Source: Nonomuraea sp. NPDC050663 (GTDB taxonomy: Bacteria; Actinomycetota; Actinomycetes; Streptosporangiales; Streptosporangiaceae). From it: DNA of 64,000 bases. Positions 54,812 through 63,217 of this stretch are shown here, piece by piece. The translations under genes were made by a program, and so were the position numbers. Location of the stretch: NCBI RefSeq assembly GCF_044456985.1, contig NZ_JBITGL010000015.1, positions 71,269-135,268 on the forward strand, written 5' to 3'. How positions within the stretch are numbered: the stretch's first letter is position 1; the number at the start of each line of letters is the position of its first letter. Under the pieces are notes generated by a model that did not search any database, was not told the origin of the DNA, and saw only the letters and a program-made list of their open reading frames with translations.

Positions 54812-56064
54812 GCGCACTGGTCGCGGGTCCGGCCCGCAGGCTGCTGCCCCTGGTCGTGCCCGCGCTCGTGGTCGGCGCGGCATGCAGCCTGATCCTCCTG
54901 GCGATCGACCTCGTCGCCGAGAAGCTGCAGGAAGTGTTGTGGGAAGGGCTGCCGGGCTCGCTCGGCGTGGAGCACGACACGTGGTGGTGGACGCTGCTGG
55001 TCCTGACGGTCGTCGGCGTGGCCGTCGGCCTGGTGATCTGGCTGATCCCGACAGGACCCGACCCGGCGACCGAGGGGCTGGTCGCCCCGCCCCTGCCGCC
55101 GCGGGTGGTGCCGGGCACGCTCCTGGCGGCGGTCCTGTGCCTGGCGGGCGGGGTGAGCCTGGGGCCCGAGAACCCGATCATCCTGGCCAACGTCGCGCTG
55201 GCCGTGGCGCTCGGCGCCCGGTTCCTCTCCGCCGTCCCGGCCCCGATGTGGGTGGGACTGGCGGTGGCGGGAACGGTCGGCGCGTTGTTCGGCACCCCCG
55301 TGGCCGCCGCCCTCCTGCTGTCGGAGGTGGCGATGGGGCCGAAGGACGTGCCGCTCTGGGACCGGCTCTTCGCCCCGCTCGTGGCCGCCGGCGCCGGGTC
55401 CGCGGTGACGGTGATCATCTCTCATCCGGTCTTCGCGCTGGACGTGCCCGACTACAGCCTGCACTGGGGCGACCTGATCATCGGTTCGTGCATCGCGGCC
55501 GTCGGCGCCCTGCTCGGCCTGGCGGCCGTCTACGCCTTCCCGCACTTCCACCGGATCTTCCGCCACGTCGGTCACCCCCTGGCCCGGCTGACACTCGGCG
55601 GACTGGTCCTCGGTGTCCTGGGCGCGATCGGCGGGCAGATCACCCTGTTCAAGGGGCTGGCCCAGATGAAGGAGCTGACCGCCGAGGCGGCCCTCTACAC
55701 GGCGGCCGGGCTGCTGCTGATCGTCGTGGTGAAGGTGCTCGCGCTGCTCGTCTCGGCGACGTCGGGGTTCATCGGCGGGCGCATCTTCCCCGCGGTGTTC
55801 GTCGGCGCGGCCCTGGGCCTGCTGGCCCACTCGCTCTTCCCCGGCATCGCGCCCGCCCTGGCGATCGCCTCCGGCGTGCTCGGCGTCGTGCTGGCCATCA
55901 CGCAGCAGGGCTGGATCAGCCTGTTCACCGCGGCGGCCATGATCGCCGACGCCGAGCTGCTGCCGGTGTTGTGCCTGGCCATCCTGCCCGCCTGGCTGCT
56001 GGTCACCGGCAAGCCGCCCATGCAGGTCGAGGAGGCGGAGGCGGGCACCGCGCGCGCCGGGTGA
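54808..56064 (+). CDS. ClC-family chloride channel / H+-Cl- antiporter
   Basis: Selectivity-filter motifs GVSLGPENP (GSGIP-like), GTVGALFGTP (GxFxP) and GFIGGRIFPAVFVG. 4-nt ATGA overlap with the peptidase gene. Confidence 0.8.
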   Translation: MSALVAGPARRLLPLVVPALVVGAACSLILLAIDLVAEKLQEVLWEGLPGSLGVEHDTWWWTLLVLTVVGVAVGLVIWLIPTGPDPATEGLVAPPLPPRVVPGTLLAAVLCLAGGVSLGPENPIILANVALAVALGARFLSAVPAPMWVGLAVAGTVGALFGTPVAAALLLSEVAMGPKDVPLWDRLFAPLVAAGAGSAVTVIISHPVFALDVPDYSLHWGDLIIGSCIAAVGALLGLAAVYAFPHFHRIFRHVGHPLARLTLGGLVLGVLGAIGGQITLFKGLAQMKELTAEAALYTAAGLLLIVVVKVLALLVSATSGFIGGRIFPAVFVGAALGLLAHSLFPGIAPALAIASGVLGVVLAITQQGWISLFTAAAMIADAELLPVLCLAILPAWLLVTGKPPMQVEEAEAGTARAG

Positions 56065-56074
56065 TAATCCTGGC

Positions 56075-58078
56075 GTGATCTCGCGGCGGACTGCTCTGAC
56101 GCTCGGCGCGGCGACGCTGGCCGGGCTGGCCGCCGGCGACGCGGTGCTGCCCGAGATCCGGCAGGCGGGTCCCCGGGTGACGGAGCACTTCGTGGCGCTG
56201 CGGCGGCGCTGGCGCGAGGTCACCGCCGTGCCGTACGGGATCGGGGTGGCGGCGCGGTACCGCGACAGCATGAGCCCGACGCGCGACGGGCTCTGGCCCG
56301 ACCAGCCCTTCCCCTCCCACGTGCGGACGCCGGCCCGCCTGGTGACCATGGCCAGGGCGCACGCCCTGTCGGGCGAGCCGGGCCTGGCGGAGGCGGTGGC
56401 GGCCGGTGTCGAGCACTACCGCCGGCACGTCTACCACCGCGACGCCGACCAGGTCGGCAACTGGTGGCACTGGCAGATCGGGATGCCCAAGGCCCTGCTC
56501 GACGCCGCCACGCTGATCGGGCTCAGGGACGAGGCCCTGGCGGCGGCGGTCGACCGGTTCGTGCCCGCCAGACGGCTGCTCGTCTACAGCGGCAACAGCA
56601 CCGCGGCCAACCGGGTGGACCTGTGCACGGTCATGCTCCTGCGCTCGCTGCTGACCGACGACCACCGCAGGGCGGAACTGGCCGCCTCGGCGCTCGCCCC
56701 GGTCTTCCGCCACGTCGACGAGGGCGACGGCTTCCACCGCGACGGCTCGTTCATCCAGCACACGACCATCCCGTACCAGGGCAGCTACGGCATCGTGCTC
56801 CTGTCGGGCCTGGCGACCCTCTTCGCGGTGCTCCAAGGCTCGATCTGGCAGGTCGACGACCCGATGGTCTACGAGGCGGTCGAGCGCACGTTCGCCCCGT
56901 TCGTGCACGACGGGTTCGTCATGGACCTGGTCCGCGGGCGCGCGGTGGACCGCCACCCCTTCGACGACCACCGCAAGGGCCAGGAACTGGCGAGCGCGAT
57001 CCTGCTGCTGGGCCGTACGGCGGCGCCGGAGCAGCGGGAGCGGTGGCGCGGCATGGTCAAGGGCTGGCTGACCCGCAGCGCCGTGGAGCCGGAGGCGCGC
57101 TTCCGCCCGTTGCTGGAGGACCGTTCCGTCGAGGCGCTCGCCGAGCCGGTGGGGCACCGGCTGTTCCCGATGAGCGCGCGTGCCGTCCACCGGCGGCCCG
57201 GCTGGTGCGCGGCGCTCAGCATGGCCTCGCGCACGATCGGGCACTACGAGTACGGCAACGGCGAGAACCTCAAGGGCTGGCACACCGGGTCGGGCATGCT
57301 CTACTGGTGGGCCGACGGGCATGGCACGCAGTACTCCGACCGGACCGGGATGGACCCCTACCGGTTGCCAGGGACGACCGTCTCGACCGCGCGCCTGCCC
57401 GACGGGGCCGGGGGAGCGTGGGGTGACACGCGGGCGAAGTGGCGCTGGGTGGGCGGGGCGAGCGACGGCGTGCGCGCGACCGTCGGGCAGCACCTGAGCG
57501 GGCTGAAGAGCTCGCTGGAGGCGTTCAAGTCGTGGGTCTTCCTCGACGACGCGGTGATCTGCCTCGGGGCGGGGATCACCTGCGGCGACGGGGTCGCGGT
57601 CGAGACGATCGTCGACAACCGGCGGGCGTCGGGGCTGGTCGTGGGCGACGGCTGGGCGCACATCCCCGGGCACGGCGGCTATGCCGCCGCCTCCCTGAAG
57701 AGCCAGGAGTCAGGGGGATACGTGACCCTGTGGCTCGACCACGGCGTGGATCCCGAGAACGCGGGATACGTCTATGCCCTGCTTCCCGGAGCCTCGCCGG
57801 CCAGGACCCGGCTCACCGGATGGTTCACCGTCGTGGCCAACACCGGCGCGCAGCAGGGCGTGCACGTGCCCTCGCACGGGCTCACCGCGGTCAACTTCTG
57901 GCAGCCCGGCACCGTCGGCGACCTGTCGGCCTCGGCGCCCTGCGCGGTGCTGGTCACCGAGCGGGGGCTGAGCGTCTCCGACCCGCTCGACGAGGCCGAG
58001 GAGCTGATCGTCACCTGGCGGGGACGCCGGTTCGGCTTCTCCCGTCCGGGCGTGGAGACCACCACCGTGCTGCTCTAG
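56075..58078 (+). CDS. Polysaccharide lyase family 8 (hyaluronate/chondroitin/xanthan lyase-like) with Tat signal peptide
   Basis: Tat motif MISRRTALTLGAATLAGLAAG; alpha/alpha-toroid N-domain with catalytic-region motifs (NWWHWQIG, HRDGSFIQHTTIPYQGSYG); C-terminal beta-sheet domain. Confidence 0.75.
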   Translation: MISRRTALTLGAATLAGLAAGDAVLPEIRQAGPRVTEHFVALRRRWREVTAVPYGIGVAARYRDSMSPTRDGLWPDQPFPSHVRTPARLVTMARAHALSGEPGLAEAVAAGVEHYRRHVYHRDADQVGNWWHWQIGMPKALLDAATLIGLRDEALAAAVDRFVPARRLLVYSGNSTAANRVDLCTVMLLRSLLTDDHRRAELAASALAPVFRHVDEGDGFHRDGSFIQHTTIPYQGSYGIVLLSGLATLFAVLQGSIWQVDDPMVYEAVERTFAPFVHDGFVMDLVRGRAVDRHPFDDHRKGQELASAILLLGRTAAPEQRERWRGMVKGWLTRSAVEPEARFRPLLEDRSVEALAEPVGHRLFPMSARAVHRRPGWCAALSMASRTIGHYEYGNGENLKGWHTGSGMLYWWADGHGTQYSDRTGMDPYRLPGTTVSTARLPDGAGGAWGDTRAKWRWVGGASDGVRATVGQHLSGLKSSLEAFKSWVFLDDAVICLGAGITCGDGVAVETIVDNRRASGLVVGDGWAHIPGHGGYAAASLKSQESGGYVTLWLDHGVDPENAGYVYALLPGASPARTRLTGWFTVVANTGAQQGVHVPSHGLTAVNFWQPGTVGDLSASAPCAVLVTERGLSVSDPLDEAEELIVTWRGRRFGFSRPGVETTTVLL

Positions 58079-59295
58079 TGCCGCTCCTGCCTCGGCAGGA
58101 CCACCTCCTGCATGAGCAGCAGGATCGCCGCCGCCACGGGGATCGCCAGCAGCGCGCCGACCAGGCCCAGCAGCGCGCCGCCGACGAGCGCCGCCGCGAC
58201 GGTGACGACCGCGGGCACCTGCACGTTGGCCTGCATCACGCGCGGTGCGATCCAGAAGTTCTCCACCTGCTGGTAGACGACGAAGAAGATCAGGCACGCG
58301 ATGCCCACGGGCAGGCTGGTGAACAGGCCGACCAGGGTGACGATCGTCGCGCCGATGGCCGCGCCGACCAGCGGGATCAGGTCGGTGATCGCTACCAGCA
58401 ACGCCAGCGCCAGCGCGTACGGCACGCCGGCGATGACCAGGAAGATGTAGGTCACCACACCCGCGATGAGCGAGACGATCAGGTTGCCGGCCACGTAGCC
58501 GCCGATGCGCTTGATCACCTCGTCGCCGAGCAGCTGCACCCGGTCGCGGCGCGAGCGCGGCACCAGGCGGTAGGTCCACGTCATGATCGAGGGCAGCGAG
58601 GCCAGGAAGTACAACGTCAGGATCAGCACGGTGAGCGCGGTGAACACGGCGTTGATGACCGTGGTCGCCACGCCCAGCAGGCCGCCGAACACCTGGCTGC
58701 CCATGCCGCCGCTGGTGATGTACTGCTGCAGCCGCTCGATCAGCTGGAACCGCTCGTCGAGCCCCCGGACGGTGGGGTTGTTCTGCAACTGCTGGAGGTA
58801 GTCGGGCAGCTTGGCGAAGAAGTCGCCCATCTGGGTGGTCAGCGGGGGCACGATCGCCAGGCCGAACAGCACGAAGAAGACGATCACGGCGATGAACACC
58901 ACCGTGACCGACCACGTGCGGGACAGGCCGCGCCGTTCCAGCATCTCCACGCCGGGGTTGAGCCCGACCGCCAGGAAGAGGCTGACCACGATGATGATCA
59001 GCGCCGAGGCGACGGAGTTCAGGGCCTGCAGCAGGATCCAGGCGGTCAGCACGCCCAGCGCGGCGGTGAAGCCGAAGACGAAGGGATGCGAGCCGAACGA
59101 GCGGCCCGGGCGGCCGAAGGGCTGGAGGTCGGCGGTGTCCCGGTCCCGGCGCGGCCGGTCGAGAGCGGCGGTATCGGTAGAGCGCGTCGAATCCGCGCTT
59201 TCTTGATCTTTAACGTGAGGGGGGTGGTTTTCCACGAGCCCGCCACTACCCTGCACACCACGCGATAGACCAGGCATCTCGTAGGGTGTTCCCAT
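58075..59295 (-). CDS. AI-2E family transporter; start uncertain
   Basis: Conserved ...LLALAITDLIPLVGAAIGATIVTLVGLF... core and eight TM segments. The first ATG (59295-59293) overlaps the divergent DUF3800 start by 2 nt, so the real start may be internal. A ~70-aa hydrophilic N-terminus precedes TM1. Confidence 0.7.
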   Translation of the reverse strand: MGTPYEMPGLSRGVQGSGGLVENHPPHVKDQESADSTRSTDTAALDRPRRDRDTADLQPFGRPGRSFGSHPFVFGFTAALGVLTAWILLQALNSVASALIIIVVSLFLAVGLNPGVEMLERRGLSRTWSVTVVFIAVIVFFVLFGLAIVPPLTTQMGDFFAKLPDYLQQLQNNPTVRGLDERFQLIERLQQYITSGGMGSQVFGGLLGVATTVINAVFTALTVLILTLYFLASLPSIMTWTYRLVPRSRRDRVQLLGDEVIKRIGGYVAGNLIVSLIAGVVTYIFLVIAGVPYALALALLVAITDLIPLVGAAIGATIVTLVGLFTSLPVGIACLIFFVVYQQVENFWIAPRVMQANVQVPAVVTVAAALVGGALLGLVGALLAIPVAAAILLLMQEVVLPRQERH

Positions 59296-60061
59296 GCGGC
59301 CCGAGCTGGAGATCGCGTGCGACGAGTCCGGCGCCGAGGGGGAGAACCTCATCGGAGGGGTGACCGACGTGTTCGCCCACGCGGGGGTCGTCCTCGATCT
59401 CGCCGTCGCGGAGGCGTGCGTCCTGGAGGTCCGTGACCGCATCCGCTCGCCCGCCTCGGAGTACAAAGCCGTCCACCTGCTGCGTGGCAAGCACCGCGCG
59501 GTCCTCGAATGGCTGCTCGGCACCGGCGGACCGCTGTACGGCAACGCCACGGTCTTCCTGGCCGAGAAGACCTACTACTTCATCGCCAAGCTGATGGGGG
59601 AGCAGGCCAGGACCGTCTACGACGAGGGCCCGGCCATCCTCGGCGAGGAGCGCTGGAACACCTTCCTGAGGTCCTACAACGAGCTGATGCGCGGCACCAG
59701 GCTCGTCCCCGAGCTCGACCCGCTCCTGCCCGCCATCGTGCGCCTGGTCGAACGCTGGAGCGAGGGCGGCCACGCCGTCTCCATCGTGCACGACCGGCAG
59801 ACCGCGCTGAACGAGGAGCGTGTCGCCCGGCTGAAGGAGCTCTACGCCGACAGCGGCAAGCTCGCGGGGCTGCGCCTGGTCGCCGCCCGCTCCGACGTCC
59901 GCGTCCAGGTCGCCGACTTCCTCGCCGGGGTGGCCAGGAAGATCGCCTCCGACGAGCTCAACGGCCGCGGCGACGAGGTGCTCACCGGGCTGCTCAAGCC
60001 GTACGTCGATCCCGCCTCGGTCTGGGGTGACCTGCGCAGTTGGGGACTGCTGGGGCGTTAG
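59294..60061 (+). CDS. DUF3800-family protein
   Basis: Family-defining motifs in the expected positions: N-terminal LEIACDESGAEG (DESG) and C-terminal VRVQVADFLAGVARK (QxADxxA). About 255 aa. Confidence 0.65.
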   Translation: MRPELEIACDESGAEGENLIGGVTDVFAHAGVVLDLAVAEACVLEVRDRIRSPASEYKAVHLLRGKHRAVLEWLLGTGGPLYGNATVFLAEKTYYFIAKLMGEQARTVYDEGPAILGEERWNTFLRSYNELMRGTRLVPELDPLLPAIVRLVERWSEGGHAVSIVHDRQTALNEERVARLKELYADSGKLAGLRLVAARSDVRVQVADFLAGVARKIASDELNGRGDEVLTGLLKPYVDPASVWGDLRSWGLLGR

Positions 60062-60079
60062 CCGGGTAGAGAGGCCCGC

Positions 60080-60553
60080 ATGGACGCCATCGTGTTGCTC
60101 AAAGAAGACCACAAGGTGGTCGAGAAGCTCTTCAAGAAGTTCGAGAAGGCCGGAGACAAGGCCTACAAGGACAAGCGCAAGCTCGTCGACAGGATCATCT
60201 TCGAGCTCACCACCCACACCTACATCGAAGAGGAGATCTTCTACCCGGCCGCGCGCAAGCGGGTCCCCGAGACCACCGACCACGTGCTCGAAAGCGTCGA
60301 GGAGCACCACGTGGTGGTCTGGATGCTCAACGAGCTCAAGAACCTCGACCCCAAGGACGAGCGCTTCGACGCCAAGGTGACCGTGCTGATGGAGAACGTG
60401 CGTCACCACGTCGAGGAGGAGGAGAAGGAGTGGTTCCCGCAGGTGCGCAAGTCCATGGGGCGCAAGCAGCTGCAGGAGCTCGGCGAGCGCATGGAGAAGG
60501 CCAAGACCGACGCGCCCGCCAGCCCGCTGGCCGTGAAGAGCGCCAAGCAGTAG
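60080..60553 (+). CDS. Hemerythrin HHE cation-binding domain protein
   Basis: LKEDHKVVEKLFKKFE...HTYIEEEIFYPAA...HHVEEEEKEWFP: conserved H/E ligands in a four-helix pattern. Confidence 0.8.
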   Translation: MDAIVLLKEDHKVVEKLFKKFEKAGDKAYKDKRKLVDRIIFELTTHTYIEEEIFYPAARKRVPETTDHVLESVEEHHVVVWMLNELKNLDPKDERFDAKVTVLMENVRHHVEEEEKEWFPQVRKSMGRKQLQELGERMEKAKTDAPASPLAVKSAKQ

Positions 60554-60565
60554 TTTGCGGACGGG

Positions 60566-60593
60566 CGCTTGGGTAGCTGAGGTCTCCCAAGCG
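60566..60593 (+). promoter_or_regulatory. Hairpin (CGCTTGGG-N12-CCCAAGCG) between the hemerythrin and CBS genes, abutting the CBS Shine-Dalgarno
   Basis: Perfect 8-bp inverted repeat. GAAGGAGAG follows immediately, then ATG 60605. Confidence 0.35.
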
Positions 60594-60604
60594 AAGGAGA
60601 GGCC

Positions 60605-61021
60605 ATGCCGACCGCACGAGAGATCATGACCCCCCATGCCGAGTGCGTGAACGTCGACGAGAGCATCACCGAGGCCGCCGAGAAGATGGCCCGTCTCGAC
60701 GTCGGCTCGCTGCCGATCTGCGGCACGGACAACAGGCTCAAGGGCATGCTCACCGACCGCGACATCGTGGTGAAGGTGCTGGCCAAGGGCAAGGATCCCA
60801 AGTCCTGCCTGGCCGGGGAGTTCGCCGAGGGCAAGCCCGTCACCATCGGGGCCGACGACGACGCCGCCGAGATCCTGCGCACCATGGGCCGCCACAAGGT
60901 CCGCCGGCTGCCGGTCATCGACGGCCATGACCTCATCGGCATCGTCGCCCTGGCCGAGGTGGCAAGGGCGCTGCCGGACTCGCGTGTCGGGGACCTGCTC
61001 GACGCCCTCACCACCGACTGA
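60605..61021 (+). CDS. CBS-domain pair protein
   Basis: Two CBS motifs (IMTPHAECVNVDESITEAAEKMARLDVGSLPI, GMLTDRDIVVKVL, RRLPVIDGHDLIGIVALAEV). Confidence 0.85.
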   Translation: MPTAREIMTPHAECVNVDESITEAAEKMARLDVGSLPICGTDNRLKGMLTDRDIVVKVLAKGKDPKSCLAGEFAEGKPVTIGADDDAAEILRTMGRHKVRRLPVIDGHDLIGIVALAEVARALPDSRVGDLLDALTTD

Positions 61022-61042
61022 CCGTGTGCGTGATGGTGTCCG

Positions 61043-61082
61043 GGGGGCGCGTATCCGTGGCTGAGTACGCGCCCCCTTCTCC
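61043..61082 (+). terminator. Rho-independent terminator (GGGGGCGCGTA-N12-TACGCGCCCCC followed by TTCTCC)
   Basis: Perfect 11-bp stem followed by a T-rich run, 22 nt after the CBS stop. Confidence 0.7.
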
Positions 61083-61119
61083 GTTGAAGTAACCTTCCGG
61101 CACGTGCGGGAGGTGAAAA

Positions 61120-62409
61120 GTGCGGCGGATCGTCTTCATCGGGCTCGGTGACGTCGAGATCGTCCGCCGCGTGCTGTCCGACCTGCTGCTCAACCCGGCT
61201 CTCCACGGCACGCTGGAGATCCGCCTGCACGACACCGATCCAGGCCTCATGGCGACCGCCGAGGCGCTGGCCGGTTCGCTCGACGCGGAGGCGGGAGCGG
61301 GGTCGCGCGTGAGCGCCTGCCCCGACCTCAGACGCGCCCTCGACGGCGCCGAGTTCGTCGTCGCCAATATCGACGTCGGCGGCTTCGAGGCCACGCTCAA
61401 GGACTTCGAGATCCCGCATCGGTACGGCCTGCGCCAGACGATCGGCGACACGATCGGCATCGGCGGCATCTTCCGCGGCCTGCGCAGCATCCCCGTCTTC
61501 GTGGAGCTGGCCCGCGAGATGGCCAGGCTGTGCCCCGACGCCTGGCTGCTGAGCTGCAGCGACCCGATGGCGATGACCGGCATGGCCGTACGGCTCGGCA
61601 CCGGCTTCCCGCGCTTCGCCGGCATGTGCCACGCGGTCTGCGACACCCACATCTACCTCGCCGACATGGTGGGCAGGGCGGTCTCCGAGATCGACTTCCT
61701 CACCGCCGGGCTGAACCACCAGTCGTTCGTGCTGCGCTTCGAGGCCGGGGGCCGCGACCTCTACCCCGAGCTCGAGGCGGCGCTGGCCGACGACCTGTCG
61801 CACGTGCGCGTCGAGATCTATCGCACCTTCGGCTACTTCCCGACGCAGTCCAGCGAGCACGCCGCCGAGTACGTGCCGTGGATCATGCGCCACAGCGGCG
61901 AGACCGCCAGACTCGGCGTCCAGGTGGAGGAGTACCTCCGTCGCAGTGGCCAGAACCTCCACCGCTACGAGGAGACCAGGCGCGCGTTGTCGTCGGGCCG
62001 CTCGCTGCTGATCCGCTGGCAGCACCAGGAGCCGGTCGCCGCCGCGCTCCAGGCGATGCTGACCGGCGAGCGCGGCGAGGTCTACGTCAACGTGCCCAAC
62101 GCCGGGCTGATCGCCAACCTGCCGTCCGAGGCCTGCGTCGAGGTGCCCGCCGACGTCGACGCCACCGGCATCCACCCGCGCGAGGTCGGCGAGCTGCCGA
62201 TCCAGCTCGTCGCCCTCAACCGCACCTTCCTCAACGTCGTCGAGCTCACCGTGCGCGCGGTGCTCGACGAGGACCCGCGACACGTGCTGCACGCCGCGCT
62301 GGTCGACCCGAACACCGCCGCCACGCTGCCGCTGCCCGCCATCCAGGCGTTGTGCGACGAACTGATCGCGGCCCACCGCCACCTGCTGCCCGAGGCCATA
62401 GCGCGATGA
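61120..62409 (+). CDS. Glycoside hydrolase family 4 (NAD+/Mn2+-dependent alpha-glucosidase/galactosidase-like)
   Basis: N-terminal Rossmann RIVFIGLGDV; GH4 catalytic region CPDAWLLSCSDPMAMTG; HQSFVLRF...; C-terminal ...EYVPWIMRH. GTG start preceded by GGGAGGTGAAAA. Confidence 0.75.
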   Translation: MRRIVFIGLGDVEIVRRVLSDLLLNPALHGTLEIRLHDTDPGLMATAEALAGSLDAEAGAGSRVSACPDLRRALDGAEFVVANIDVGGFEATLKDFEIPHRYGLRQTIGDTIGIGGIFRGLRSIPVFVELAREMARLCPDAWLLSCSDPMAMTGMAVRLGTGFPRFAGMCHAVCDTHIYLADMVGRAVSEIDFLTAGLNHQSFVLRFEAGGRDLYPELEAALADDLSHVRVEIYRTFGYFPTQSSEHAAEYVPWIMRHSGETARLGVQVEEYLRRSGQNLHRYEETRRALSSGRSLLIRWQHQEPVAAALQAMLTGERGEVYVNVPNAGLIANLPSEACVEVPADVDATGIHPREVGELPIQLVALNRTFLNVVELTVRAVLDEDPRHVLHAALVDPNTAATLPLPAIQALCDELIAAHRHLLPEAIAR

Positions 62410-62434
62410 TCTGCACACCGCCCGCCGAGGCGCG

Positions 62435-63217
62435 ATGACCGAGTCGATGCCCACCGAGGTACGCCGCGAACGCATGCTCGGCCTGCTGATGGAGCAGGAG
62501 TTCGCCCGCGTGGCCGAGCTGGCCGAGGCCTTCGGCGTCTCCACGGTCACCGTCAGGGCCGACCTCGACGCGCTCGAGGAGCAGGGGCGGGTGCGCCGGG
62601 TGCGAGGCGGCGCCGTCGCGGCGGCCCCGGCCGGCGAGCCCTCCTACGAGCTGTCGCTGGGCAGCGCGGCCGTGGAGAAGGCACGCATCGCCAAGGTCGC
62701 CGCCGCGCTGATCCGGTCGGGGGAGAGCGTGCTCATGGGGGCGGGCAGCACCACCGGCTACGTCGCTCGCGAGCTCGTGGCCAGGCCCGAGCTGGCCGAT
62801 GTCACCGTCTTCACCAACGGCCTGCGCACCGCGCTGGAGCTCGAACCCGCGCTGCCGCGCTTCGCCGTCGTGGTGACCGGCGGCAGCCTGCGCCGCGCCC
62901 AGCACTCCCTGGTCGACCCGCTCGGCGGCAAGCTGCTGGAGGGCATCAGGGCCAACACCGTCATCCTCGGATGCGGCGGCGTGCATCCCGAGGCCGGATT
63001 CACCAACGTCAACCTGCCCGACGCCGAGATGAAGCAGCGCATGCTCAGGGCGGCGACCAGGCGCATCATGGTCGCCGACTCCTCCAAGCTCGGCGTGATC
63101 GAGATGGCGCCCATCTGCGAGCTGGCCGGGATCGACCTGCTCGTCACCGGCGAGCAGGCCGACCCCGACACCGTCAAGGCGCTGAGGGACGGCGGGCTAG
63201 AGATCCAGCTGGCGTAG
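62435..63217 (+). CDS. DeoR/GlpR-family transcriptional regulator
   Basis: N-terminal HTH RVAELAEAFGVSTVTVRADLDALEEQGRVRR and a C-terminal DeoR sugar-binding domain (GAGSTT...NTVILGCGGV). Confidence 0.85.
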   Translation: MTESMPTEVRRERMLGLLMEQEFARVAELAEAFGVSTVTVRADLDALEEQGRVRRVRGGAVAAAPAGEPSYELSLGSAAVEKARIAKVAAALIRSGESVLMGAGSTTGYVARELVARPELADVTVFTNGLRTALELEPALPRFAVVVTGGSLRRAQHSLVDPLGGKLLEGIRANTVILGCGGVHPEAGFTNVNLPDAEMKQRMLRAATRRIMVADSSKLGVIEMAPICELAGIDLLVTGEQADPDTVKALRDGGLEIQLA

